A stretch of 64,000 nt of DNA, taken from Mobula hypostoma. Taxonomy: Eukaryota. The translations under genes were made by a program, and so were the position numbers. The notes below the pieces were generated by a model, which had not been told where the DNA came from, did no database searches, and worked only from the letters and a program-made list of their open reading frames with translations. The stretch covers positions 170,130,001-170,194,000 of the forward strand of contig NC_086097.1 of NCBI RefSeq assembly GCF_963921235.1, read 5' to 3'. This document shows, piece by piece, positions 1 through 13,845 of this stretch. Each line of letters starts with the position of its first letter. Positions within the stretch are counted from its first letter, which is position 1.

Positions 1-69
1 AGTCATGGAGATTTGTTTCAAAGCTAACATGAAGAGCAGGGTTTAGTGAGTGAATATTGTTTAAATAAG

Positions 70-925
70 TTCAAAATACATTTATGTATACTACTGTACA
101 TACCAAGTTGAAATTCATCTCCTTACAGGCAGCCACAAAACAAAGAAACCCAATAGAACCCATTAAGAAAAAAGACTGACATACAGCCAATGTGCAGAAA
201 AGGCAACGAATTGTGCAAGCAATAAGGGTAAGCAAATAACTTTCAGAACTGAAATTCACAGCCATGAAGCCAGTCACAGCTGATCCAGGAACCCATTAGT
301 TGCAGGTCACAGTGTCAGTTCAGCGCAAGACGAGCAATCCTTGCGAGTAGCGAGCTGAACACTGGTCTGTCCCTGTCCTCTCTCCGTGACACCTTGACCT
401 TTTTAATCTGGCCTGGAATTTAAACCGGCCAAACCTTGCTCTCTGACCTGGGCCCTGCTGCTTCAATACGTTCTTGACCCAGGATCCGCCACCTCGATTC
501 AGCCTATACCTGACTCTTCCAATCTGGCCTGGTGCTTAAATTGGTCAAACATTAGCTTGTTCCTTACTCTCGAGCCCAGGACCTGCCACTTCGCCTCTGC
601 CTCAGCCGGTTCTTCCACTTCGAGTCACTCCAAGTCCGCTCCAGCAATGTCCAAACGTTGGCTAGTTCCTCGCTCTCAGGCCCAGCCCCGCCACCTTAAT
701 TTGGTCCATACGTGCCTCGCCACAACTATCGTGCACCTTCTAGACTTCAGCAAAAGTGCCAGGTTGTACAGAGAGTTGTAAAGCTCAGCTCCAAAAGGGA
801 AGTTACAGTCTATTGATTGCCATGATCATTTTGGAGAAAAGGTGTGAGTAATAAAGGAGTTAGTAGTTTTGTTTGCTGCCAGCAAGTCGTGGCTGTGTTT
901 CACCAGCACCATCTTCAACTGGAAG
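70..925 (-). mobile_element. Non-autonomous SINE-like element with Rex1-type 3' tail (approximate bounds)
   Basis: 70-260 resembles the Rex1-like 3' tails elsewhere in the window (e.g. 19680-19830). The minus strand begins CTTCCAGTTGAAGATGGTGC, and AATCTGGCCTGG recurs internally. Confidence 0.4.
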
Positions 926-1024
926 GCAATGGCCAGTGGATTTTATTTTGCTGTTGATGTATTTGTATGCTTTATTGGCATGTATTTAACCAGCAAAATG
1001 CACGTCTATCACTTCTATATAAAT

Positions 1025-2042
1025 CACAGAAGTCGGTGACCAGTGGTGTTCCGCAGGGATCTGTTTTGGAACACCCTGCTCTTTGTGATTTTTATAAATG
1101 ACTTGGTTGAGGAAATGGAAGGGTGGGTTAGTAAGATTGCAGTTGACATGAAGGTTGGTGGTGTTATGAATAGTATAGAAGATTGTCATAGGTTACAATA
1201 GGACATTGATAGGATGCAGGGCTGGGTTGAGAAGTGGCAGATGGAGTTCAATCCAAAATAAAATGTGACGAGATTTATTTGGAAGCTTGAACTTGAAGGT
1301 GGAATACAGGATTAATTGTAGACTTTTTAATAATATGAATGAACATAGGGATCTTGAGGTTCATGTTCATTGATCTCTCAAAGTTGCAGTGCACATTGAT
1401 AGAGTGGTTAAGAAGGCATATGGCATTTTGGCTTCATTAGTCAAGGGTATAGAGTACAAGAGCCATGAGGTAATGTTGCAGCTCTATAAAACTGGTTACA
1501 CCACACTTGGGATATTGTGTATCATTCTGGTTGTTTCATTATAGGAAGGATATGGAAGCTTTAGAGAGGGTGTGGAGGAGATTTATCAGGATGATACATG
1601 GTTTAGAAAGTATGTCTCATGGGGATAGATAAGGTGAGCTAGGGCTTTTCTCTTTGGAACAAAGGAAGATGAGAGTTGACTTGATAGTGCAAGATGATAC
1701 AAGGCATTAACAGAGTGGATAGCCAGAGGCTTTTTCCCATAGCTGAAGCGGCTAATGCAAGAGGGCATAACTTTAAGGTGACGGAGGAAAGTATAGAGGG
1801 GATGTCAGGGGCAGAGAGGCAGACTTTTGCATAGGGAGTGGAAGGTGCTTGGAGCACACTGCCAGGGGTGTTGATAGAGGTTTGCATTTAAGAGGTTCTT
1901 ATGCAGAAACATGGATGAAAGGAAAGTGGATGGCAATGAGGGAGGGAAGGGTTAGAGTGATGTTGGAATAGGTTAAAGGGTCTGCACAACATCATGGGCT
2001 GAATGGCCTGTAATAAGCTGTATTGTCCTATGTTCTATGTTC
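1025..2042 (+). mobile_element. CR1 LINE, degenerate RT C-terminal half plus 3' end
   Basis: Encodes SGVPQGSV, then YCVxFW-like and RGHNFK motifs, and ends in a TGTTCTA-type tail. Confidence 0.85.
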
Positions 2043-2619
2043 AAAGGAGACAAGTACACTTTTCTTGTGCCTCATATTTTCCTATAACATGGGAAAAGTT
2101 GATTTAGCCCCATTGAGCTTTCCCATGAATTGTACTGCCCCAGTTATTTCCCTGTAAACTATGTTTTCATACATGTCTGTCACCTCTCTCTTATTCTCAT
2201 ACAGCCGTGGTGGGTGGTAATCAGTAGTCACCAATTAACCTGCTAACCCATGTGTCTTTAGAATTGGGAGATGCTGGACCACCAGAAGGAAATCCACGTG
2301 GTCACAGGAAGAAGTTGAAATTCCATATAGATAGCACTGGAGGTTATGATTGAGATGGCATTCCTGAATCTATGAGGCAGCAGCTCTACCAGCTGTGTTA
2401 CTCTGCTCTAAATTATTACAAGTTTAGCACAAACTTTTCTCTGGCTTTTTCCAGCTCAGTTCATGTAATGCAGGAGGCTTTGTAGTATGGAGAACCACTG
2501 ACTGCAATGACAACCTCTTTGTAGAGACTCTTTAACAAAGAGAAACAAACTAAGATGCTTCACAGAATCATTTTAGAAAGGAAATTGACAACAAGCATTT
2601 TCAGTACAGGTGAGCAAAG

Positions 2620-3195
2620 GTAGAATATTGAAAGGTACAGCCCAGGAACCAGGTCTTCAGCCCAAAATGTCTTTGCTGAACGAGTTACCAAATTAAACTG
2701 ATCCTTTCTGCCTGCACATGTTCCATATTCCTCCATTCCCTTCATGATCATCTGTCTATCTAAAAGGTTCTTAAACACCATTAGTGTATCTTCTTCAAGC
2801 ATCTCCCCGGCACCTGCCACTTCCTGTGTAAAATCCTTACCCTAAACCTCCCCCCATCTCATCTTTAATGCATGTCCTCTACCATTTGCATTTATACTCT
2901 GAGAAAAAAGCCCCTGATTGTCTACCTCATCTACACCTCTCATAATTTTATAAACTTCTATTAGGTCTCCTCTCAGACTCTAATACTCCAGAGGAAATAG
3001 CTCGTTTATTCAACTTCTCTTTATAGACTGTACATTATAATCCAGGATAGCATCATAGCAAACCTTTTCTGCATCAACTCCCGAGCCTCCACATCCTTCC
3101 CATGTGGCTGAACAAAGGTTTTATTCAGCGGCTACATGACCTCCTGACTCGATGAAGACAAGCAGGCCATGCAACCTTTTCACTACTCAATCTCC
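2620..3195 (-). mobile_element. CR1 LINE 3' fragment
   Basis: Minus-strand FKNLLDRQM / GMEEYG motif typical of the CR1 ORF2 end. Confidence 0.7.
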
Positions 3196-3499
3196 TTGTA
3201 TTAACCCTGTCTGTATTGAAGTACTCCTTCATGAGGCAGAAGGGCTTAGCAGGGGAAATCCAGCGTCTTAAGGCACTTCCAGCAGTATTCGACAGGAGCA
3301 ATTGTTGGTAACTGGAGATTAGTATAGATGGGTAAAGCTGAAGGGTTGTTTGACCTTAAGACAACTTACAAAGTAGATAATCAGCTATGATGGTGTTGAA
3401 TTGTGGAGCAGGCATGAGAAGCTGAATAGACTACTCTTATTTTCTATTTCTATGTCTTGGAAGGAAGTTGCTCCTTGGGTAGTCAATGATCCAACAGCA

Positions 3500-3936
3500 T
3501 GAGTACTGAAATCTCCAACTTTTGGTAACCTGCTGCCCGTCTGTCCTTTTCCTCTCTACTCTTAATCTACCCATTTCGTCCTACTCCTATCCCAGAGCGC
3601 ATTACCTTGCTTCTTTCTCCTCCTCCATACACTCCAACTGCCCATTACCCACACACTCTTCCCACTGGGTTCAACTCCCCATCTCTATTCACATTTGCCC
3701 ACTTTCCTTATTTGGCTCCAGATTCCACCTTCTCTTCCTATCAGATCCCATTATCTGTAACCATTTGTTGCCTCCACCTATCACTTTCAAACTTCTGTCT
3801 CTATCTCTACCTGATTCCTTCACCTTTTTGTACTGGCTATCCCTCTCTATCTTTCAGCCCAGATTAACACTGACTGTCCGTTTTACTCCATAGATCCAGT
3901 CAACATGCTGTGTTCCTCCAGCAACTTTTGCCTTGT
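3500..3936 (+). mobile_element. Old Penelope-like 3' terminal fragment (continues 4344-4400)
   Basis: Pyrimidine-rich tract followed by CTGTGTTCCTCCAGCA...AGATTTCCAGCA, matching the termini of the GIY-YIG elements at 23226 and 56460. Confidence 0.55.
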
Positions 3937-4343
3937 AACACACATCAAAGTTGCTGGTGAACGCAGCAGGCCAAGCAGCATCTATAGGAAGAGGCGCAGT
4001 CGACGTTTCAGGCCGAGACCCTTTGTCAGGACTAACTGAAGGAAGAGTGAGTAAGGGATTTGAAAGCTGGAGGGGGAGGGGGAGATGCAAATTGCCTATC
4101 ACCTGTCCAGCTCTCGGCTCTATCCCTCCCCCTCCTGTCTTCTCCTATCATTTTGCATCTCCCCCTCCCCCTCCAGCTTTCAAATCCCTTACTCACTCTT
4201 CCTTCAGTTAGTCCTGACGAAGGGTCTCGGCCTGAAATGTCGACTGTGCCTCTTCCTATAGATGCTGCTTGGCCTGCTGCGTTCATCAGCAACTTTGATG
4301 TATGTTGCTTGAATTTCCAGCATCTGCAGAATTCCTGTTGTTT
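3937..4343. mobile_element. Young Penelope-like terminal-repeat insertion forming an inverted repeat
   Basis: Arms at 3937-4091 and 4152-4306 (155 bp, about 5 mismatches) with a 60-bp spacer. TSD AACTTTTGCCTTGT at 3923-3936 and 4344-4357. Confidence 0.85.
4210..4245 (+). ncRNA. Minimal hammerhead ribozyme-like motif (Penelope pLTR type)
   Basis: AGTC-CTGACGA-AGGGTCTCGGCCT-GAAA-TG-TC-GACT: CUGANGA and GAAA cores, a UH site, and stem I AGUC/GACU. Confidence 0.65.
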
Positions 4344-5324
4344 AACTTTTGCCTTGTTTCAGATTTCCAGCAACTGCAGTTATTTGTGTCTCCTTTGATT
4401 TCCTGGCTGTCTGCACTGTAACACTGATTCTGGGCTGCACCAGTATCAAAGCTTGAACACATCAATAAGCTTTAAGAATTGTTGATTCAATATAGTTTCA
4501 ATATAGTTCCTGTAGCATGTTCATCTGACTACTATATTTTGACAATATCCATCCACCCACGGACACTGTTGAGTTATTGGAGAGAAGACTAGCACTCATT
4601 CACCTCGCTCTGTTTATATATCTCAAATTTTAATTTCTGCACTATGAGTGAGTATGCCTTCAGCCTTACACTATGGATTCCTCTCCCTAATCCAATCCAC
4701 CTGTCTGCTTCTCTTCCCTTTCTTAAGATACTCCTTCAAGATGATAACTTTTGTCATCTGTCTTATCGTTTGCTGAAACAGTCGGGGAGTAAGGGCGGTG
4801 GGGTGAGATGGTGGGTGGGCAGAAATTGTCCCATATTGCTTCTGCAAAGTATGATTTGGTGCTAAAGATGCCATAGAAATGGGAGGATCAAGACACTTGC
4901 ACTCAGAGTTCTGGATTCATAGCATTCTGCAGCAGGAAAACAGGCCCATCCGCCCATCAAGTCTGTGCTGATCATCTACTGATCATTAAGCTACTCACTG
5001 CTGTTGGACCCCTGAACCAATCTCTGTCCCAGTGGTGCTGCCACATTCTCGAACCCTTACTTGTGCATCTTCCGTTACTGTCACTTCAGCCCTTCTTTTT
5101 GCACTAACTCGGTTTGAAACACTGCTACAGTACTCTGCACCATTCCATGTTTATTTCTGCTCAGTGCCGTGTTTACCATTATTCTGTACAGTGTTTGCTC
5201 TGTGAACTTCATGCAAACAAGGAAATTCGTTGTACATGACAACAAACAACTCTGAAACTGAATCTGAAGCTCTATTTAGACTAATCACATTTTATTTTTT
5301 TTTCCCACATTCCTAACAGTTCCA

Positions 5325-6110
5325 TTGGACCATAAGACATAGGAGTAGAATTAGTCTATTCAGCCCATCAAGTCTGCTCCACCATTCGATCATGACTAAT
5401 TTATTTTCTTTATCAACCCCATTCTTCCACCTTCTTCCTGTAAGCTTTGCTCATATTAGTCAAGAACCTATCAACCTCCATTTTAAATACACCCAAAAAC
5501 TTGGCCTCCACAGCTATCTGTGGCAATGAATTCAACAGATTTACCAACCTCTGGCTAAAGAAATTCCTCTTCATCTTTTTTTTAAAGGGACACCCTTCTA
5601 TTCTGAGGCTGTACCCTCCAGTCCTAGACACTCCCACCTCTGGAAGCATCCTCTCCATGTCTACTCTATCCAGGCCTTTCAATATTACTTCTTGAAATTA
5701 ATTAATTTCAATATGAATTGATGTGATTACTCCTCATTATTCTAAACTCCAGTGAGTATAGGACCTGAGCCAACAAATGCTTTTCATACATTAACTGTTT
5801 CATTCCTGGGAGCATTCTTGTAATCTTCCTCAACCCTCCAATACCAGAACACCCTTCCTTGGATATGGGGCCCAAAACTGCTCTCAATACCCCAAATGTG
5901 GTCTGAAAAATGCCTCAGCATTACATCCTTGCTTTTATATTCTAGTGCTCTTGAAATGAATGCTAACATTGCATTTGCCTTCCTTACTACTGACTTAACC
6001 TTCATGGACAAGGAATCCTGCACGAGGACTCACAAGTCCCTTTGCCTCTCCGAGTTCTCAAATTATTCCCCAGTTCAATAGTCTACATTTTTATTCCTTT
6101 GACCATTCAC
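5325..6110 (-). mobile_element. CR1 LINE 3' fragment
   Basis: ORFs MKGLDRVDMERM...NFFSQRLVNLLNSLP and VVRKANAMLAFISRALEYKSK. Confidence 0.88.
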
Positions 6111-6324
6111 TTCCCTACATATTCTACCACTTACACAAATGGGCAATTTATGGTAATTAATTTCCATACTAAACAGATTATTTGATTAAAGCTTGATGCA
6201 TGTAAGAAATAGAAGCTGGAGAAAGCCATTCAGACCCTTGTGACAGCGCTGCCATTTAGTAAGATCATGGCTGGTCTTTCGCCTCAGCGGTGCTTCCCTG
6301 CTCTATCCTCATACCTCTTGATTT

Positions 6325-6499
6325 CCCTGAGTTATAAGGAGACACTAGATAGGCTGGGACTACTGTCTTTCAGTCAAAGGAGGCTGAGGGGGGACCTTAT
6401 AGAGGTTTATAAAATCACGAGGGGCAGAGATTTGTGTTTTTTTTCCAGGGTAGGGAGGTCTGCAAATAGAGGACATTGGTTTAAAGTGAGAGGAGAAAG
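6325..6499 (+). mobile_element. CR1 3' fragment split by the L1 insertion (resumes about 9103-9355)
   Basis: LSYKETLDRLGLLSFSQRRLRGDLIEVYKI; the CR1 sequence resumes after the second TSD copy. Confidence 0.85.
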
Positions 6500-9093
6500 G
6501 TTTTTTTTTCAATATTTTTATTAGTTTCTACATAAAAGAATACAGAGTACAAGAAAGTATATATAAAGGTCGAAAAAAAACAACTACAAATTACATTATA
6601 TCTGTTCATAATAACAATCTTATTACCCCGTTTTCATGTAGGTTAGACAAAGTTATATTGAAATATACTAAATTATTACAAAAAAATCTAACCCCTACCA
6701 AGACCGAAGCTGTTTATTAAGAAGAAAAAAAGGTAAAATACCTTCTCGTACAATAAAAATTAATAATAGCCAACATCTAAATTTAAACGACAAATTGAGG
6801 GTTTTGGAAGTTTTGAAAATAATTCAGAAAGGGTCCCCACACCATTTGAAAGTCTTGATGAGACTGAGAAATTGAACAACGAATCTTCTCTAAATCTAAG
6901 CATGTCATAACGTCGCATAACCATTGAGCATGAGTAGGAGGAGAAACATCTTTCCATTCAACCAAAAGTGCCCTCCTAGCTATAAGAGAGCTAAAGGCCA
7001 AAATATGTAAATCTGATGTCTTCAACTTGATATCTTGTCCAGCAACAACACCAAATAGGGCCGTCAGAGGATTAGGCTTAAAATTGATTTTGAAAAGTCA
7101 AGAAAAAGTTTGAAAAACTTCCTTCCAATATTTTCAAGACATGGACAAGTCCAAAACATATAAATTAATAAAGCTTCTCCATTATTGCATCTGTCACAGT
7201 AAGGAGATATATCCAAATAAAAAGGAGATAGCTTATCTTTAGTCATATGGACTCTATGTACCACCTTAAATTGTATGAAGGAATGGCGAACACATAGCGA
7301 TGACGTATTAACCAGTTTAAAAATTTCATTCCAAGTTTCCTCAGATATTGATGTCTGTAAGTCTTGTTCCCAGAGATTCTTAATTTTGTCTAAAGGAACA
7401 TTCCTCGTCTCCAGTAACATACCATAAATATTAGATATTGAACCATTATAAGAAAGTGTCAAATTAAAAATTACATCTTGTAAGTTCTTATCTGAGCTTA
7501 TAGGAAATGTACATAATTGAGATCTTAAAAAGTCTCTAATTTGTAGATATCTAAAAAAGTGAATTTTGGGTAGGCTATATTTAGCTGACAATTGCTCAAA
7601 TGAAAAAAGATTTTCTCCAGCAAACAAATCCCAAAAACATTTAATACTCAACCTGTCCCATTCTTTTAAAACTAAATCAGTCATGGAGGGTTTAAAAAAA
7701 TTAGAATAAATGGGACTAGAAAGGGAAAATCTCAATAAACCAAAATGTTTTCTAAATTGAATTCAGATCCTCAGACTATGTTTAACTATTAAATTATCAT
7801 TTAGTTTACTTACAAATAAAGGAAGTGAGGATCCAAGAAGAGAAATAATAGAAAATTCATTAACAGAATTAGCTTCTAAAGAAACCCATACCGAACAGTC
7901 TACACGATTAATATAATATATCCGAAACGTAAGATATCGTATATTAACTGTCCAGTAATAAAACCTAAAGTTTATTTAAATGAGGATGTTTATTTTTCCA
8001 TATATAGGAGGATAAAATAGATTCAAAAGAGTCAAAAAAAGATTTAGAAATAAAAACAGGTAAAGCCTGAAAAAGATATATACATTTAGGTAGAATATTC
8101 ATTTTAATAGAATTAATTTGTCCGATCAACAATATTGAAGGAGGTGACCAATTAAATAATATCTTTTTTAAATGGTTCAATAAAGTAAGAAAGTTTTCTT
8201 TAAACAGGTATTTGTAATTCTTAGTGATTGTTATGCCTAAATAAGTAAATTGATTCCTTACAATTTTAAAAGGAAGATTAATATTAATTGATACCAGATT
8301 ATTTAAAGGAAATAATTCACTCTTATGTAGATTCAGTTTATATCCTGAAAACTGGCTAAAATAGGAGAGTAAAGAAAGTACACAAGGTAACGAAATCTCA
8401 ACATTAGAGATAAAGAGCAATATATCATCAGCGTAAAGCGAGATTTTGTGGGTGATACCTCTCCTTGAAATACCACAGAGATCATTAGATTCTTGAAAAG
8501 CAATAGCAAGGGGTTCTAAAGCTAGATCAAAAAGCAAAGGACTCAATGGACAGCCTTGTCTAGTACCACGGTGAAGTTTAAATGGTTTGGAATTTTGAAA
8601 ATTAGTAAGAACTCAAGCAGAAGGAGATAAATAAAGTAATTTAATCCATTGAATAAAATCTGGTCCAAAATTTAATTTTTCTAAGGTTTTAAATAAATAA
8701 TTCCATTCAACCCAATCAAGTGCCTTCTCAGCATCTAAGGATATCACACATTCCGATATCTTCTGAGAAGGAGATTAAATAACATTTAATACACTGAGTA
8801 TATTAAAATGGGAATGTCAGTTTTTAATAAATCCAGTCTGATCATCAGAAATAATAGAAGGTAAAATATTTTCAATCCTACTAGCCAGAACTTTAGAAAG
8901 AATTTTAGTATCTACGTTAAGTAATGAAATTGGCCTGTATTAAGAGCATTCAGTTGGATCCTTGTTTTTTTTTTCAGGATAAGCGAAATAGAAGCTTCAT
9001 AAAAATATTGAGGCAAACTACCCAGTTTGAAAGAATCCAAAAAGACTAAGTGTAACTGCAGTATAATTAATGAAGAAAAAGCCTTATAAAATT
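6500..9093 (-). mobile_element. 5'-truncated LINE-1 (L1) ORF2 pseudogene
   Basis: RT motifs QGCPLSPLLF and LYADDILLF, a C-terminal CDRC...FWTCP knuckle, AATAAA plus poly(A) at about 6501-6522, and TSD AGGAGAAAG at 6491-6499 and 9094-9102. Confidence 0.92.
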
Positions 9094-10483
9094 AGGAGAA
9101 AGACTTAAAGAGGATCTGAGGAACAGGCTTTTCCACAGAGGGTGGTGAATATATGGAACAAGCTACCAGAGGAAATGGTAAAGGTGGGTACAATTACAAC
9201 ATTTTAAAGGCACTTGTTAAGGTACAAGGACAGGAAAGGTTCAGAGGGATACAGACCAAATGCAGGCAAAGGAGACCAGCAGGTAGGCGCATTGGTCAGT
9301 ATGGCTGAGTTGGGCCAATGGGTTTACTTCCATGTTGTATAACTCTATGATTCTGCATCTAAATAGGCATTAGTCTTTGTCTTAAATATGCTGAGTCCAC
9401 TCAGGGGTACGAAATTTTTTCTCATCTCTGTTGTGAATGACAGAGCCCATATTCTGAGACTGTGACCTCTGCTTCTGGACACTGGAGCCAGGGGAAGAAT
9501 CATTCCTACCCTGTAAAGCCCAGTAAGATTTTGTTACATTTCCCTGAGATCGCCTTGCTTTCTTCTAGACACAAGGCTCTTTTGCTGTTGCATGTACTTT
9601 CACTGAAGGTGAAATAAAAGCAGGAGTTGATGGAAGCACGCAGCAGGTTCATTGACAACTGAAGAACAATGTGATGGATTGGTGCCCTAACTCAATATTG
9701 CATTCCTTCCAGGTGGAGACCTTTGAGTTTTGCAAACGTCATTCTTGAAATGTCAACCAACTCTGTAACACATTCCTGTGGTGAGTTGTCAATATTTCAA
9801 TAATTATTTCAGCTTTGTTCCCCATTTTTCCCACTTCCACAATTTACAAACTTTTGCATTTGATCTTGAGGTGACAGATCAATCTGTTCTGACAAATGAT
9901 GCCTTCTCTTACTTTCCTTGACTCTGATCTTGCAAATATGTGGAGGAGTCAAGTTTTCAAACTCTGGGGACGTGATTGCCTCAAAAACAATTAAGTAGCT
10001 GCCTTGCTTATGCATTTTAACACAATGTGTAACTATTATTTCGTTGTTTTTGAGTCCTCCAGGGACTTGAGAACTGGGAATGATGTTTTCTGAGGGATTT
10101 GTAAAGCAAACTACTGCAAATACTGGGCACCTGATAAAAAAGGAATTCTAAGAATGCTCAGCAGATCAGGCAGTGTCTGTGGAGAGAGAAACAGAGTTAA
10201 ATGTTTCAGGTTGAAGAGCTTTCATCAAAACTGGGAAGGGAATTTCTTTAGTACTTTTATAGATTTGACGATATAACGCTGATGAAGTTTGAATGTGAGT
10301 GCAGAGTACACGATTAATGGAAGAATTCTTAGCAGTGTGGAATAACAGCAAGATGTTGGGGTCCACGTCCATAAAATCAATGCCCCTTTCCTGCAACAGT
10401 CAAGAGGATATGGAGGATGCAGCCCAAGTTTCCAGAGTTTTTGCTGCTTCTATACTTTAAATACTCCAATCTTGTTCTCTTTA

Positions 10484-12770
10484 AGAACATAGGACATAGA
10501 ATAGTACAGCACAGTACAGGCCCTTCAGCCCACAATGTTGTGCTTCAACAATCCTCTGCACTATCTACAACACCATCAACTTTGTGTCATCTGCAAACTT
10601 GCCAACCCACCCTTCTACCCCCACATCCAGGTCGTTAATAAAAATCATGAAAAGTAGAGGTCCCAGAACCGATCCTTGTGGGACACCACTAGTCACAACC
10701 CTCCAATCTGAATGTACTCCCTCCACCACGACCCTCTGCCTTCTGCAGGCAAGCCAATTCTGAATCCACCTGGCCAAACCTCCCTGGATTCCATGCCTTC
10801 TGACTTTCTGAATAAGCCTACTGTGTGGAACCTTGTCAAATGCCTTACTAAAAACCATATAGATCACATCCACTGCACTACCCTCATTTATATGCCTGGT
10901 CACCTCCTCAAAGTAGTCTATCAGGCTTGTTAGACATGATCTGCCCTTCACAAAGCCATGCGGACTGTCCTTGATCAGACCATGATTCTCTAAATGTCCA
11001 TAGATCCTATCTGTAAGAATCTTTTCCAACAGCTTTCCCACCACAGACGTAAGGCTCACTGGTCTATAATTACCCGTACTATCCCTTCTACCTTTTTTGA
11101 ACAAGGGGACAAAATTCACCTCCCTCCAATCCTCCAGTATCATTCCTGTGGACAACGAGGACATAAAGATCCTAGCCAGAGGCTCAGCAATCTCTTCCCT
11201 TGCCTCGTGGAGCAGCCTGGGGAATATTCCGTCAGGCCCCGGGGACTTATCCGTCCTAGTGTACTTTAACAACTCCAACACCTCCTCTCCCTTAATATCA
11301 ACATGCTCCAGAACATAAACCTCACTCATATTGTCCTCACCGTCATCAAGTTCCCTCTCATTGGTAAATACCGAAAAGAAGTATTCATTGAGGACCTCGC
11401 TCACTTCCACAGCCTCCAGGCACATCTTTCCACCTTTATCTCTAATCGGTCCTACCTTCACTCCTGTCATCCTTTTGTTCTTCACATAATTGAAGAATAC
11501 CTTAGGGTTTTCCTTTACCCTACTTGCCAAGGCCTTCTTATGCCCTCTTCTTGCTCTTCTCAGCCCCTTCTTAAGCTCCTTTCTTGCTTCCCTATATTCC
11601 TCAATAGACCCATCTGATCCTTGCTTCCTAAATCTCATGTATGCTGCCTTCTTCCACCTGACTAGATTTTCCACCTCACTTGTCACCCATGGTTCCTTCA
11701 CCCTACCATTCTTTATCTTCCGCACCAGGACAAATTTATCACTAACATCCCGCAAGAGATCCCTAAACATCGACCACATGTCCATAGTACATTTCCCTGC
11801 AAAAATATCATCCCAATTCACACCCGCAAGTTCTAGCCTTATAGCCTCATAATTTGCCCTGACCCAATTAAAAATTTTCCTGTCCTCTCTGATTCTATCC
11901 TTTTCCATGATAATGCTAAAGGCCAGGGAGTGGTGGTCACTGTACCCTAGATGCTCACCCACTGAGAGATCTGTGACCTGACCCGGTTTATTACCTAATA
12001 CTAGATCTGGTCCCTGGTTGGAAAAGATTCTTAGAGATAGGATCTATGGGCATTTAGAGAATCATGGTCTGATCAGGGACAGTCAGCATTGCTTTGTGAA
12101 GGGCAGATCATGTCTAACAAGCCTGATAGACTACTTTGAGGAGGTGACCAGGCATATAGATGAGGGTAGTGCATTGGATGTGATCTACATGGATTCACCC
12201 TAGTCGGCCTGTCAACATACTGTGACAGGAATCTGTCCTGGACACACTTAACAAACTCTGCCCCGTCCAGACCCTTGGAACTAATCAGGTGCCAATCAAT
12301 ATTAGGGAAGTTAAAGTCACCCATGATAACAACCCTGTTATTTTTGCATCTTTCCAAAATCTGCTCCTCTGTATCTCTGCTGCTACCAGGGGGCCTACAG
12401 AATACTCCCAATAAAGTAACTGCTCCCTTCCTGTTCCTGACTTCCACCCATACTGACTCAAAAGAGGATCCTGCTACATTACCCACCCTTCCTGTAGCTG
12501 TAATAGTATCCCTGACCAGTGATACCACCCCTCCTCCCCTTTTTCTGCCCTCTCTATCCCTCTTAAAGCACTGAAATCCAGGAATATTGAGAATCCATTC
12601 CTGCCCTGGTGCCAGCCAAGTCTCTGTAATGGCCACTACATCATAATTCTATGTATGTATCCAAGCTCTCATTTCATCACCTTTGTTCCTGATGCTTCTT
12701 GCATTGAGGTAGACACACTTTAGCCCTTCTACCTTACTACCTTTACACCGTTTATTCTGCTTCCCTTTCC
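10484..12770 (-). mobile_element. Relatively young CR1 LINE ORF2 (APE endonuclease plus RT) with an internal inverted duplication and a 3' internal deletion
   Basis: AITETWL, GGGV and MGDFNFP (endonuclease); a 465-aa ORF with [28 protein letters not shown] and FADDTK joined directly to the CR1 3' tip. Confidence 0.93.
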
Positions 12771-13759
12771 TGGTCATTCTCAGCCGTTGTGTTTCAATTT
12801 TGCTGATTCTGTCTTATCCAGCTAGCCCATGTCCCTGCTGCACTGGATCTTGCCCAAGGTTAGAGACAGCATTACCTCACTGTCTTTCTCCCAGATAAGG
12901 TCTTGTGCCTCCTGTCTCCTCTGTTGTTTGTCCCAAAGTCAGGTTGATTCAGACCAGTTCCAACCATCTAATATCAATTGCTGGGTTGAGATGACCTCCA
13001 TCCACAGAAGTGATGTTTTCATAGACTTGTAGGTTTTTCTGGCCAACAGGGATCTGACTTTTTCTTTAAAACTTTGCTGGGGATAATCTAATGAAACTTG
13101 AAAATGGATAACTTGGCCAATACTTGTAAAACTTCTGAGGAATTTCTGCAGCAGAATATTCACCTTAGAGGTATGTTACACATATTGTTCTTACAATTAA
13201 CATCTCAGATTCCTTGATGTTTGACAGGGTAGGTCAAGGATGTTTGACAAGGATGTTATATGTTTTCTCAACAGTAGGGAAATTAGAGCTATGGAGCATT
13301 GTATCGGGATAAATGGGTTGTTGCATCACAGAGATGAGGAAATATTTCTTCCTTCTGAGGAGTGTGAAACTTCGTAAGCCTCTAAATTGGAGAGATGTTG
13401 TGAACTGATTCATTCAAAAAATTGAAGGCAAATGTTGATCTTGGACAATAGGAGAATCCAGGAACAGGAAGGAAAATACAATTGCCTCAATACTTGCCAA
13501 GTGCTGTTTGAATCCTTCACCAATACAGATTGTGGCACTTGAAGCCAACAGCGCACCATCACTCTGACAAGCTTAGTTAGAAATAAGCAAAATGAATTTT
13601 AAAAGATCCTCAATTTTACATATAGAAATTAAGATATTTAATTTTTCTCTAATAACATGTATTAATAATTCAAAAAAAATAAACCTCCTTCAATTTCAGA
13701 TTTGCTAAAAGAACAAATGAGTCTATAAGGTTGTCATTAAACTGGAAGTGCTGGAAAAG

Positions 13760-13845
13760 AGATTTCTGGAGCTGTTACTGAAACTGAGGGGCTTAAGATT
13801 CAAGGAGAGAGTGGTTAGGCTGGGCTGTTTTCCTGGGGTGTAGGA
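13760..13845 (+). mobile_element. CR1 3' fragment split by the hAT element (resumes 14610-14735)
   Basis: CRRLRDQLIEIYKIMRGIDKVN continues after the TSD. Confidence 0.7.

Noticed and set aside
12939..13163. Possible exon or ORF in unique sequence
   Set aside because: No recognisable homology and no convincing splice-site pair.
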